From the NCBI GenBank assembly GCA_027078545.1, contig JALWXN010000004.1, forward strand, positions 480,001 through 544,000: 64,000 bases of DNA. Direction: 5' to 3'. Both the position numbers and the translations under genes were made by a program. Source of the DNA: Nitrososphaeria archaeon. GTDB lineage: Archaea > Thermoproteota > Nitrososphaeria > Geothermarchaeales > JDFR-13. Positions within the stretch are counted from its first letter, which is position 1, and the number at the start of each line of letters is the position of its first letter. The notes below the pieces were generated by a model. The model saw only the letters and a program-made list of their open reading frames with translations, did no database searches and was not told where the DNA came from. Positions 40,957-51,924 of this stretch are shown one piece after another.

Positions 40957-41906
40957 GTTCCAGCATACCTACGAGGGTTCGAAACCTACACCAACTACAC
41001 CTGTGAGTATCCACCACTTATAGTTCCAGCATACCTACGAGGGTTCGAAACAATATGGCTTGAAAAATACGGCGATAAAGATGGACTATGTTCCAGCATA
41101 CCTACGAGGGTTCGAAACCACCAAGTAGGATAGCACAGCTGATAAACACTAGGCGTTCCAGCATACCTACGAGGGTTCGAAACAAGTTGTAATAGGAATA
41201 GGTTTGGTGGGTATATAAGTGTTCCAGCATACCTACGAGGGTTCGAAACGTATGTCGTCTAGGAATATCACTGGTATATCCTCGAGGTTCCAGCATACCT
41301 ACGAGGGTTCGAAACGGTAGTTAGCCGTTAGGATGAACGACACCTTCTCATGTTCCAGCATACCTACGAGGGTTCGAAACCACTAGCCACGACCCTTTCT
41401 TCTTCCTCTCTTCCCAGTTCCAGCATACCTACGAGGGTTCGAAACTATCTGTCCTCACCAACATTCTCCATATATTCCAGCGGTTCCAGCATACCTACGA
41501 GGGTTCGAAACCTCCTAGTGGTCGGGGTGCTGGCTGGCCTAGTATACGAGTTCCAGCATACCTACGAGGGTTCGAAACGTGTGAGGACACCGCCCACATA
41601 GTCCCCCAATGTCTCGTTCCAGCATACCTACGAGGGTTCGAAACCTCGACATAGTGATCACCCCAGGTGGACTTTTTCTTGTTCCAGCATACCTACGAGG
41701 GTTCGAAACTGTCAGTGTTTTTCTCGTCTATCTCTAGTAGCTCGTAGTTCCAGCATACCTACGAGGGTTCGAAACTATGGTAAAAACGGGGTGATGAGAT
41801 GCCAGTAGTCGGTTCCAGCATACCTACGAGGGTTCGAAACTGAATATCTCCTTCAGCTTCTCAACGGCCTCGTCGGGGTTCCAGCATACCTATGAGGGTT
41901 CGGAGT
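40957..41906 (+). CRISPR. CRISPR array 4, family B variant, 15 repeats / 14 spacers
   Basis: Repeat GTTCCAGCATACCTACGAGGGTTCGAAAC; last copy degenerate. Confidence 0.99.
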
Positions 41907-42047
41907 GGGTGTTGTCTGTGTTTTGTTCTTGGTATGTTTGTGGTGGTTTGGTTAGATGTGCTTTTGCTATGAGTGAGGTATTTTTGTTTGGATGTTGGGA
42001 TTTATTGGTTGTGTTCTCTTTGGTCTCCACGGTCTATGTTGCTGTGT

Positions 42048-42404
42048 CTACTTGTTGCAGTATGTTTTCCGTATTTTGTAGTCGTCTCTGAGGAATACTC
42101 CGTCTCGGCATATCTCGTCTGCTATTGGGTCTCCCTTTGTGAAGAGCCTCTTAAGCTCCCCGGGGTTTAGGGGTATTACTTCGTAGTTGGGTGGTGGGTC
42201 TATCTTCCTGAGCCTCTCTGGGGGCCTACCCTTGAATACTTCTGATATGAGGACGATGTCGACGTCGCTCCACTCGTTGAAGTCTCCCCTGGCGTATGAC
42301 CCGATCAGGACCGCTGTACATTTGAAGCCTAGGCCCCGTGCCCACTCCATCGCCTCGGCGATGACCCTACTCCTTATTTCCCGCCTCTCCTCAATGATCC
42401 CCAT
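42048..42404 (-). CDS. Minimal nucleotidyltransferase (MNT)
   Basis: LIGSYARGD...SDVDI. Confidence 0.92.
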   Translation of the reverse strand: MGIIEERREIRSRVIAEAMEWARGLGFKCTAVLIGSYARGDFNEWSDVDIVLISEVFKGRPPERLRKIDPPPNYEVIPLNPGELKRLFTKGDPIADEICRDGVFLRDDYKIRKTYCNK

Positions 42405-42790
42405 GTCTCTTCCACCCACTTGAGGAGTCTCCAGGCCTGTGTCAACGCCTCTCTACAGTCCGCCTCGGTGTAGTAGTCCATCGGCGTTCCCTCGCCCCAG
42501 ACGTCTGGATACCTCGTGGGGATATACAGCTTATCCAGCATCCTAGCAGCCTCAAAAACCTCCGTGGGAACCTCAATGTATTCGGATAATTGTTTAAGCA
42601 ATATAGTTATGCTATGCCCACCCCTCCTAAACCCCAACCCATACATCAACGCCTTTACAGCGAACCCAGCCGCCTGCTGAGCCTTGAAACAAGCCCAGTT
42701 ATAAAACTCATTCTCCAGGTCTGAAGTTGCAGACTCGAGAGTCTCCCTAGCTGTAGAAATCCATCTACTAAACTCATCATTATCCAGCAT
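42374..42790 (-). CDS. HEPN domain protein (HEPN-MNT pair)
   Basis: YNWACF.AQQA...AVKA, GHSI, LD..YIPTRYPD. Confidence 0.92.
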   Translation of the reverse strand: MLDNDEFSRWISTARETLESATSDLENEFYNWACFKAQQAAGFAVKALMYGLGFRRGGHSITILLKQLSEYIEVPTEVFEAARMLDKLYIPTRYPDVWGEGTPMDYYTEADCREALTQAWRLLKWVEETWGSLRRGGK

Positions 42791-42907
42791 ACCACTCTAA
42801 CATACCAACCTACCTATCACAGTAATATACTCAACTGCGCAAGCATTCCACAAAACATCACACCAAGACCTCGACTCACAGACACTCAAGCATCTACCAT
42901 ACACCAC

Positions 42908-45900
42908 ATTCCAACCCTTCCTAGTCTGGTTTTAACCCTCGATGAACTTCCTTATCTTCTCTACGAGATTCTTCTTTCAACCCTTCCTAGTCTGGTTCTA
43001 ACAGTGAAGATGAGTGATAATAGAGTGAAGTATAAGATCCCACTTTCAACCCTTCCTAGTCTGGTTCTAACTCGATCCTTCCTTCCAGCTCTTCGATTCT
43101 TTCGATGAGTTCTTTCAACCCTTCCTAGTCTGGTTCTAACTAAGAGAATAGACATTGGCAGTCATCATATTGACTTGTTGTCTTTCAACCCTTCCTAGTC
43201 TGGTTCTAACTGGATGCTTCTCTGGAGACCCCTCCACAAACCGGGTCTCCTTTCAACCCTTCCTAGTCTGGTTCTAACGGATTACCGACAAACTCACTAC
43301 CTTCCTTTCTCGGCTTCTTTCAACCCTTCCTAGTCTGGTTCTAACATCCTTAGCATGCTCAACATACTCAAGAGCAAGTGCACTTTCAACCCTTCCTAGT
43401 CTGGTTCTAACATACTCCGTAGAGTCCTACCAGGCGGAGTAACAATAGTGCTTTCAACCCTTCCTAGTCTGGTTCTAACTCAAAAGGAACATGAGGCGGT
43501 TGTATATGAGTTGTTTCACTTTCAACCCTTCCTAGTCTGGTTCTAACTTGAAGAAGGGTTAGAAGAGGCGACAATCGACGTATTCCTTTCAACCCTTCCT
43601 AGTCTGGTTCTAACTTTGGGATGTCCAGTGCCAGATGAGGAAAGCATGGGAATCGCCTTTCAACCCTTCCTAGTCTGGTTCTAACCAAGAAAGCATTTTC
43701 GACGCACGATAGTTCTCATGCCCACGCTTTCAACCCTTCCTAGTCTGGTTCTAACGCTTTGACTATTACCATGAAGCGTCGTAAATCCTCTTCTCTTTCA
43801 ACCCTTCCTAGTCTGGTTCTAACGCTCTCTTGACACCTTGGGATGCCTACAAGGACTTGTTAGCTTTCAACCCTTCCTAGTCTGGTTCTAACGTGATCTC
43901 GATCGTGTCTGCGATGATGATGTCTGAGTACTTTCAACCCTTCCTAGTCTGGTTCTAACCCTCGTGGATGGCTGGGTATATCCTGACGGGCAGGGCGTCT
44001 GTACTTTCAACCCTTCCTAGTCTGGTTCTAACACAGAGCCGATCAGGAAGACCGCTAGACCAACCCCGCCACCATCTTTCAACCCTTCCTAGTCTGGTTC
44101 TAACCCAGACCCCGCCCCTACCCAGTCCTCTTAGTTAGTTTACTTTCAACCCTTCCTAGTCTGGTTCTAACTCTTGATGTCAAGGAAAACGAGAGCATAC
44201 TGGTAAATACAATAAACTTTCAACCCTTCCTAGTCTGGTTCTAACCGGTATTTCCCTTCCACCAGTGCCGTTTCGAGTATGTCCTTTCAACCCTTCCTAG
44301 TCTGGTTCTAACTCTGAGCGACCCTCCTGCCGTTGGCTCATGGACATAGCTCCTTTCAACCCTTCCTAGTCTGGTTCTAACTTGTTGAAGCACTCTTGAC
44401 ATAGATTGTTACTATACCCTTCTTTCAACCCTTCCTAGTCTGGTTCTAACCGAACAACCCCCAAAACCCAACCGCCGAAAAAACCAAGAATTCTTTCAAC
44501 CCTTCCTAGTCTGGTTCTAACTCATTACCCTCTTGGAGTCGCTGAATAATGCCAGACCGACTCTTTCAACCCTTCCTAGTCTGGTTCTAACCGAGGTCAT
44601 AACTGAGGTATCGCTCACAGCGGGTGAGATCGCTTTCAACCCTTCCTAGTCTGGTTCTAACGCCAGGGAGGGGGCGACATTCATGTCGATAGTTCATATG
44701 CACCTTTCAACCCTTCCTAGTCTGGTTCTAACTGTCCATAGAAAATTTAACTAGGAAGATAGATAGATTACTACTTTCAACCCTTCCTAGTCTGGTTCTA
44801 ACCTTAGATGACATGATAGAGGAAACTATTCAGCGGTTGGCTTTCAACCCTTCCTAGTCTGGTTCTAACGGGAACTCACTAGGGCGGAAATACCTGTCCA
44901 CCGCATCATGCTTTCAACCCTTCCTAGTCTGGTTCTAACTATCATTTTCCCGACAAATAAGCCGCTTATCATCAATGCTGCTTTCAACCCTTCCTAGTCT
45001 GGTTCTAACAGTCTGATTACATACTTACAGGTATGCTAGTATCGGGGGTTGACTTTCAACCCTTCCTAGTCTGGTTCTAACATACGATTTCGATCGATGT
45101 ATGTCAGTAGCTCGTCCAGTTCTTTCAACCCTTCCTAGTCTGGTTCTAACATCGAATACGGCGTCCGTGATGGTCGGAAACCAGAACGCCCCTTTCAACC
45201 CTTCCTAGTCTGGTTCTAACTTCAGTACCCGCTTCAATTGTTTTGAGTTTCAACAAAACTGACTTTCAACCCTTCCTAGTCTGGTTCTAACGGTACTTAG
45301 AGTGGGGTGGCGAATCTATAAAAACTACAGAACTTTCAACCCTTCCTAGTCTGGTTCTAACTATGGGATTTGAAGGTTGTTTGGAGGGCTGGGTTGGTTT
45401 TACTTTCAACCCTTCCTAGTCTGGTTCTAACTTGGATGCGTAGGTCAGCTACAAAAGGGTTTCATATTTTGACTTTCAACCCTTCCTAGTCTGGTTCTAA
45501 CACTGTTAATCGGCAAGGTTGCTGAAATTTATTGCAATTATAAGCTTTCAACCCTTCCTAGTCTGGTTCTAACACTCATATCGACATCGTGCTGTTGACA
45601 CCAGTCCTTGAACTCTTTCAACCCTTCCTAGTCTGGTTCTAACTAATTAGTCCCCCGAACTCATCTACTATCCAGTAAACGTTTCTTTCAACCCTTCCTA
45701 GTCTGGTTCTAACTTTTAAACTCCTCTCCAGTATTGCCGAGGTCGCTATCCCATCTTTCAACCCTTCCTAGTCTGGTTCTAACATCTAGAAGACCAAGAC
45801 CAGAACCTCCTGTAGAGAAGCCCTTTCAACCCTTCCTAGTCTGGTTCTAACGTCTGCCTCACCACCATGTATTATTTCTACCTGACTTTTGTCTTTCAAC

Positions 45901-48155
45901 CCTTCCTAGTCTGGTTCTAACGATAAGCTCTTCAACGAGTCAAATGTTCCCGAGTAGTTCCTTTCAACCCTTCCTAGTCTGGTTCTAACGCGTGAGACCC
46001 TGCTCCCCTGTCTCCACGACCTGACATATCTCTTTCAACCCTTCCTAGTCTGGTTCTAACACGTTTGCTCGGGCTCTTCCAGCCAGACCCGGCCGTATCG
46101 TCTTTCAACCCTTCCTAGTCTGGTTCTAACGTGATATGATACCTAACACCCGTAGCTGATTTTCAGTTGTCCTTTCAACCCTTCCTAGTCTGGTTCTAAC
46201 CGCCAGTTCCCCACTCGACATCCCGAACCGACCCCCCAGGGGAGCTTTCAACCCTTCCTAGTCTGGTTCTAACAAGATGATGTTGTTGAAACTCGGCAAT
46301 GCGAACTTGTTGTTCTTTCAACCCTTCCTAGTCTGGTTCTAACTACCTTGATTCAGACCTTGTCCTATATACTCGTGTACAAGGCTTTCAACCCTTCCTA
46401 GTCTGGTTCTAACGTAAACTTGTATGAATCTCACGACTACACCACTTGGAATCTTTCAACCCTTCCTAGTCTGGTTCTAACTACCACTTTTCTGGCTACC
46501 TCTCACCTGAAACCTTGTTCCAGCTTTCAACCCTTCCTAGTCTGGTTCTAACACAGTTTCTCAGTTGACATGAGTCTGTAGGTGGCTGACTAGGCTTTCA
46601 ACCCTTCCTAGTCTGGTTCTAACATGACCCCCGGTACGAATATCCTGTATCTACCATTTGGATCCTTTCAACCCTTCCTAGTCTGGTTCTAACTCCCTAT
46701 ATACCTTATATAAGGGTAATAGGGTCTATCATATACTTTCAACCCTTCCTAGTCTGGTTCTAACGAGCTATACTTCTTCAGAAAAATCAACGCAAAGACT
46801 TTCTACCTTTCAACCCTTCCTAGTCTGGTTCTAACCACACTTCTGCGACTAACCGGGAGGAAGAGCCACGAATTAGCTTTCAACCCTTCCTAGTCTGGTT
46901 CTAACTTTAGTCTTCTGGTTCACCCTGATTGTCAGTTGGTAGTCCTTTCAACCCTTCCTAGTCTGGTTCTAACGTTTACGCCTTTATCCCATCCCATTTA
47001 TTCTCACCTAAACCTTTCAACCCTTCCTAGTCTGGTTCTAACTCAACCCAAACAACCCAGGAAAACCCGCACCCCAAAAATCTTTCAACCCTTCCTAGTC
47101 TGGTTCTAACTGGTCAGGGTAGGTGGCGGTGGAGCGAAGGCAGAGGATATCCTTTCAACCCTTCCTAGTCTGGTTCTAACATTGAAATGTACCTAAACCG
47201 TGTAGGCGATAAAGAGAACTCCTTTCAACCCTTCCTAGTCTGGTTCTAACCTTGATTTTGAGGGATCGATATGCTACCAAAAAGATTCAGAATCTTTCAA
47301 CCCTTCCTAGTCTGGTTCTAACTTGGCGGGGGTGATGGGATGAAGTTGCTTAGACTTGGTGTGGTCTCTTTCAACCCTTCCTAGTCTGGTTCTAACTGCT
47401 CGACCTTCAGAGCCTGATCGAGCCTGGGCAGAAGGTGCTTTCAACCCTTCCTAGTCTGGTTCTAACGTAAGACTAAGAACATCACATTGACTGGTCAACA
47501 GTTACTTTCAACCCTTCCTAGTCTGGTTCTAACTGATACTGGGATGGCGAGCGACAACTCAGCCCCGATCTTCCTTTCAACCCTTCCTAGTCTGGTTCTA
47601 ACGTATTCTGGGCGGTGAGCATGGTTTCTAGATAGATCCTACCTTTCAACCCTTCCTAGTCTGGTTCTAACCCAACCTCCTTCTGATAGCATCTTTAACA
47701 AATTCAGCTACTTTCAACCCTTCCTAGTCTGGTTCTAACCTGGTTCTGCTGCTTTCGGGCCTTTTCCTGGGGATGTTCTTCTTTCAACCCTTCCTAGTCT
47801 GGTTCTAACTAACTATGGCGGGATTCCTGACATAACGTGAAGACTGAATCTTTCAACCCTTCCTAGTCTGGTTCTAACATTTCAATCAGTTCAAAAACAC
47901 GATGCGTAAAGTGTACACTTTCAACCCTTCCTAGTCTGGTTCTAACGGGAGCTCGAAGTCCTGCGAAGATGAGTTCCCGACCATCACTTTCAACCCTTCC
48001 TAGTCTGGTTCTAACTCTGAAGACCCGTCACCAGCACCAGGATCAGTACCGCTGCCCTTTCAACCCTTCCTAGTCTGGTTCTAACCAAGGAGGTGGATGG
48101 CCTTCGTCTACTCCTCTACACGAATCCTTTCAACCCTTCCTAGTCTGGTTCTAAC
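42908..48155 (-). CRISPR. CRISPR array 5, family A, about 76 repeats / 75 spacers
   Basis: Same repeat as array 1; degenerate left repeat; leader on the right. Confidence 0.99.
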
Positions 48156-48294
48156 CCGTGGCTTTTCTTTTGTTTCTACATAGATGTTTTTGGTGTTTCT
48201 ATTATTTAAGTTTTATGTGTGTCAAACCTCTGATCCTGCAGGGGGTTTATAAAGATGTGACGCAGAAAAGTATATAAACCCTTATAAAGGGGGG
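48156..48294 (-). promoter_or_regulatory. CRISPR leader, family A
   Basis: Near-identical to 3763-3900. Confidence 0.92.
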
Positions 48295-48325
48295 TCTTGG
48301 ATCTAGGCTTCTTCTGTCGTTGTCG

Positions 48326-50233
48326 CTATGTGTCTTTGGTGTTCTGTGTGGTTTTTTCTTCTTTGTCCTCGTCCTTGTCTTTGATCCCTAGTTTTTCTTT
48401 GATCCATTTGATTTTTAGTTCTAGTCTTTTTTTCCTGTGTCTTGGCTGGGCTAGGACGCTGTGTCCGTGGCTTCCCTTTAGGAAGACTAGTAGTAGGGAC
48501 TCTTTCTTATGGGTTCTGAGGGCTAGGTGCATTGCCAGTGCCTGGTCTATGTAGCAGCGGTAGTCCTCTAGGCTGTGGATTATGAGTACTGGTGTCTTCA
48601 CCCTGTGGGCGTGGTAGGCGGGGCTCTTCTCCACATATTTCTCCAGGTTGTCTAGCGGTGTCCCGCCTATCTGGTCTGGGTTGAACCAGTATCCTATGTC
48701 TGATGCCCAGTAGTCTGCTATCCAGTCGGCTATCCCGTTCTCGCTCACGGCTGCCTTGAATAGGTCTGTCTGGGTTATTATCCAGTTGGTCATGTAGCCG
48801 CCGTAGCTTATCCCGGTGACGGCTGTCTTCTCCCTGTCGACTGGGTATCTCTCCATGACCTCCTCGACGAACCTCATTATCTGTCTATAGTCGATCTCTC
48901 CGTAGCGCCCCCTTATATCGGCGAACTCCTCTGTGTAGCCCTCGCTCCCATGTGGGTTGCAATATGCAACCAGGAAGCCCTGGCTAGCCATTAGCTGCAT
49001 CTCTGGGTGGAAGTAGTAGCCGTACATCCCCTTTGGCCCGCCGTGGATATAGAGTATCAATGGGTATGGCCCATCCCCATCAGGCTTGATGACCCAGCCG
49101 TCGATCTCCTCCCCCTCGGCCTCTATGGTGAGCTTCTCCGGCCTATATAGCTTGGCCTCCTCCACGAGCCATGTGTTGAGGCTCGTGACCCTCTCCTCCA
49201 CCTCCTCGCCATACCTGTAGATCTCTGGCGGCTCTGTCGGGCTGGACATGACGTAGTATAGGTGTCTACCCCTTGCCGATGCCTGTATAACGTATTTCTC
49301 ACCCCTTACGAGGTCCTCTATCCTGCCGCCCCTATACCTCGCCAGGACGGACATGCCGGCGTCGCTGTAGGTTATGACTGGGTCCCCCATGTAGTCGCCG
49401 TGGATCCCGGTTATATCCCTGTCTAGGATGCCGCAGGAGAGGCATTCAGGCATGTTGTTGTATAGCATGTATAGCCGTCCATGGCTTGATATCCCTATCT
49501 CGAAGCGGTGTCCGAGGAAGTATAGCTTCTCGCCGATGGATCTCGGCCTGTATATATGCATGTCGCTGAGGATCTCCCTACTCTCCCCGGTCTTGGGATC
49601 GAGGACCTTAAGCTTGTTCTTGAGGGGGTTTATCCAGTCCTCATATATCGTGTAGTATATCCTGCCCATGTGTACCTCGTATTCGAGGACTCCGTGCTCC
49701 TCCTCCGTGAGCCTCTTCACGTGGCCCGACTCAACCTCCACCCTGTATAGCTGGTCCCTCCTACCGGCTATTATCCCCATCCTGTCGAACCAGAGTGGGG
49801 CGTTATCGGTGTAGACGTAGTCGCCGTCCGGGTCGTAGCCGTCGGCCTCCTCCCCAGCCTGGACGATCAGTGTCTTACCGTCGAGCCACTCCACACCGGA
49901 GACCCCGTGTTTGAACCATGCCACGAGCCTGGGCTCGCCGCCCCTACCCACCACGTAGACGCCGTTACCCTCCTTCTTATCCTCATCCCTCCTGCTTATG
50001 AATGCTAGGAGCTCACCGTCCGGGCTCCATGAGGGAGCGGCGTCGTCCTTCCCCTGGAAATAGGTCTCGCCCCCGTCTCTCCATAGGATCCTTATCTCCC
50101 CCTGGTACTTGTTGTCCTCTGGCCTGGGGACTGATACTGTGTAGGCTAGGTCGCCCTTAGCCGAGACATCTAGTAGGCCTATCCTGTTTAGTCGTATAAC
50201 GTCGTCTATCTCGAGCCTCCTCATACCCCTCAT
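48326..50233 (-). CDS. S9 family acylaminoacyl peptidase
   Basis: WSPDG propeller, IHGGP, GISYGG nucleophile, HSLEDYRC, GSHG. Confidence 0.93.
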   Translation of the reverse strand: MRGMRRLEIDDVIRLNRIGLLDVSAKGDLAYTVSVPRPEDNKYQGEIRILWRDGGETYFQGKDDAAPSWSPDGELLAFISRRDEDKKEGNGVYVVGRGGEPRLVAWFKHGVSGVEWLDGKTLIVQAGEEADGYDPDGDYVYTDNAPLWFDRMGIIAGRRDQLYRVEVESGHVKRLTEEEHGVLEYEVHMGRIYYTIYEDWINPLKNKLKVLDPKTGESREILSDMHIYRPRSIGEKLYFLGHRFEIGISSHGRLYMLYNNMPECLSCGILDRDITGIHGDYMGDPVITYSDAGMSVLARYRGGRIEDLVRGEKYVIQASARGRHLYYVMSSPTEPPEIYRYGEEVEERVTSLNTWLVEEAKLYRPEKLTIEAEGEEIDGWVIKPDGDGPYPLILYIHGGPKGMYGYYFHPEMQLMASQGFLVAYCNPHGSEGYTEEFADIRGRYGEIDYRQIMRFVEEVMERYPVDREKTAVTGISYGGYMTNWIITQTDLFKAAVSENGIADWIADYWASDIGYWFNPDQIGGTPLDNLEKYVEKSPAYHAHRVKTPVLIIHSLEDYRCYIDQALAMHLALRTHKKESLLLVFLKGSHGHSVLAQPRHRKKRLELKIKWIKEKLGIKDKDEDKEEKTTQNTKDT

Positions 50234-50264
50234 TATTGGCGCTAGGCCCGTGATAAATCCGGCT

Positions 50265-51908
50265 CTACATATCCATGTGGGGCCTCGACATCCAGTCCAG
50301 CTCTATAGCTACGAACCATATCGTCACTATCCACATCGCGATGGCTATCACTATCTCTATGGCTAGGTTGAGCCTCCTCTGCCTCACCAGTGTACCGGCC
50401 CCATGTATCCTGGGTAGTACCCTGTAGGATAGTATGGTGGTACATGTCATTAGGAAGGCCATGGCGAGTGTGTTTGCCGCACCTGTGAGTAGTATCAGCC
50501 CCCCGGGCTGGGAGAGCATTATCTGGGGTATGGCTATGGAGGTGTAGGCTATCCATGAGAGGTAGTAGGTCTTGGTGTAGCCTATCCCCCTCCTAGCCGC
50601 GAGGTAGATTATGGAGGGTATCATTACGAGGTAGAAGATGAGGATTACGTAGGATACGGGTGGGGATAGGGGTTTGAGCATCCGGAAGTGGAAGAGTACC
50701 TCTGAACCCATCGTGGCTAGGGCTGTGGGGATGGAGAGTATGAGTATCAGCTTGGGGAGTAGGTGGGGGTCGTCGCCATACTCCTCCCTCACCACGACGT
50801 AGGACGTCTCCGCCATGAACCGGCTGAACAGGTCTCCAGCCACTAGGTATATGTCGAAGAGGAATAGGAAGGCTATTGCTAGGAATGCTACCCTGCCGTA
50901 TACGCCGTAGAGCGTCTCCATCCACTGGCTCTGTATCTCCACCAGCTCATAGTCCCTTGGGAGGGTCACCCCTCTAGGTACGAGTATCGAGTAGGTGAGT
51001 AGTGTTGTGAGTATTATCGTGAAGGTGTTGAGGGAGACGCCTATCAGGTTGTCCGTCCATAGCCAGTTGACCCACCTCCTCCACTCCTCCCTATCCTCCT
51101 CGGTCTCGACTACGAAGTCGTAGCCCGACTCTGGCATCGCCTCCGGGGCGCCTGTCAATGGGCTCCTTATCCTGCCTACATGCCTAGCCTGTCCATAGCC
51201 CTTTTCCCTCACCCAGTAGCTGTAGGCGAGGTTCCATATCCCCCCTGCCCCCGTATAGGCCATGAGGGTTACCCACGTCTTATAGTCCTCCATCTCCCAG
51301 CCGGGGAAGGGTGGCCAGTTGAACTGTGTGAAGCCTGTTAGATAGTCGGGTAGTGCCCTGGCAACGTCCGGGCTTATCAGGGCCACCGCCAGTAATCCGC
51401 CCATGGCCGTTACTGCTGCGAATGACTCGATCGCCTCTATCACCCTGTATACCGAGGGCCCTATCAAGACGACTATCATTGTTATGAGTACCACTATGAG
51501 GGACCAGAGCCTGACACCCTCTACTGGGGAGCCGGGTGGATAGTTGGTGAGTGAGTATATGGCTGAGGCAGCCGCACCTGCGTAGCCACCTACCCATGTG
51601 AAGATCATGGATATCAGGATGACCGTTGCCCAGCCGACCCTCCTGTCGAGCCTGAAGAGCCCTGTTATTATCCCCTCGCCAGTGGCCAGTGTATACCTCC
51701 CTATCTCCTGGTTATACCATACCTGTATCGCTGAGAAGATTAGGAGCCAGCCTAGGAAGGATATTCCATACTTCGCCACCATGTAGGGCCACCATATCAG
51801 CTCCCCACTCCCCTGGCTAAGCCCCGCCCAGACTAGTCCAGGCCCCAGTACAGCAGCTACTCCCGGGAAGTATGGTATCCTCCTTCTCCTGAGGGGCTTC
51901 AGTGTCAT
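50265..51908 (-). CDS. Nramp/MntH-like (APC fold) secondary transporter
   Basis: LGPGLV...QGSGELIWWP, EIGRYTLATGE, YSYWVREKG; many TM segments. Confidence 0.8.
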   Translation of the reverse strand: MTLKPLRRRRIPYFPGVAAVLGPGLVWAGLSQGSGELIWWPYMVAKYGISFLGWLLIFSAIQVWYNQEIGRYTLATGEGIITGLFRLDRRVGWATVILISMIFTWVGGYAGAAASAIYSLTNYPPGSPVEGVRLWSLIVVLITMIVVLIGPSVYRVIEAIESFAAVTAMGGLLAVALISPDVARALPDYLTGFTQFNWPPFPGWEMEDYKTWVTLMAYTGAGGIWNLAYSYWVREKGYGQARHVGRIRSPLTGAPEAMPESGYDFVVETEEDREEWRRWVNWLWTDNLIGVSLNTFTIILTTLLTYSILVPRGVTLPRDYELVEIQSQWMETLYGVYGRVAFLAIAFLFLFDIYLVAGDLFSRFMAETSYVVVREEYGDDPHLLPKLILILSIPTALATMGSEVLFHFRMLKPLSPPVSYVILIFYLVMIPSIIYLAARRGIGYTKTYYLSWIAYTSIAIPQIMLSQPGGLILLTGAANTLAMAFLMTCTTILSYRVLPRIHGAGTLVRQRRLNLAIEIVIAIAMWIVTIWFVAIELDWMSRPHMDM

Positions 51909-51924
51909 CGCCCCACCTCTCTAT

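Noticed and set aside
2010-43155. ORFs inside arrays (e.g. 2010-2276, 3410-3598, 30511-31500, 41102-41601, 42961-43155)
   Set aside because: They are translations of CRISPR repeats (VRTRLGRVE, FQHTYEG recur), not genes.
1856-48155. Self-targeting spacers
   Set aside because: No spacer match to genes in this window was seen by eye; a full BLAST against the genome is needed.
29272-48300. CRISPR block as an element integrated at tRNA-Met
   Set aside because: No integrase, transposase or duplicated tRNA 3' end was found.
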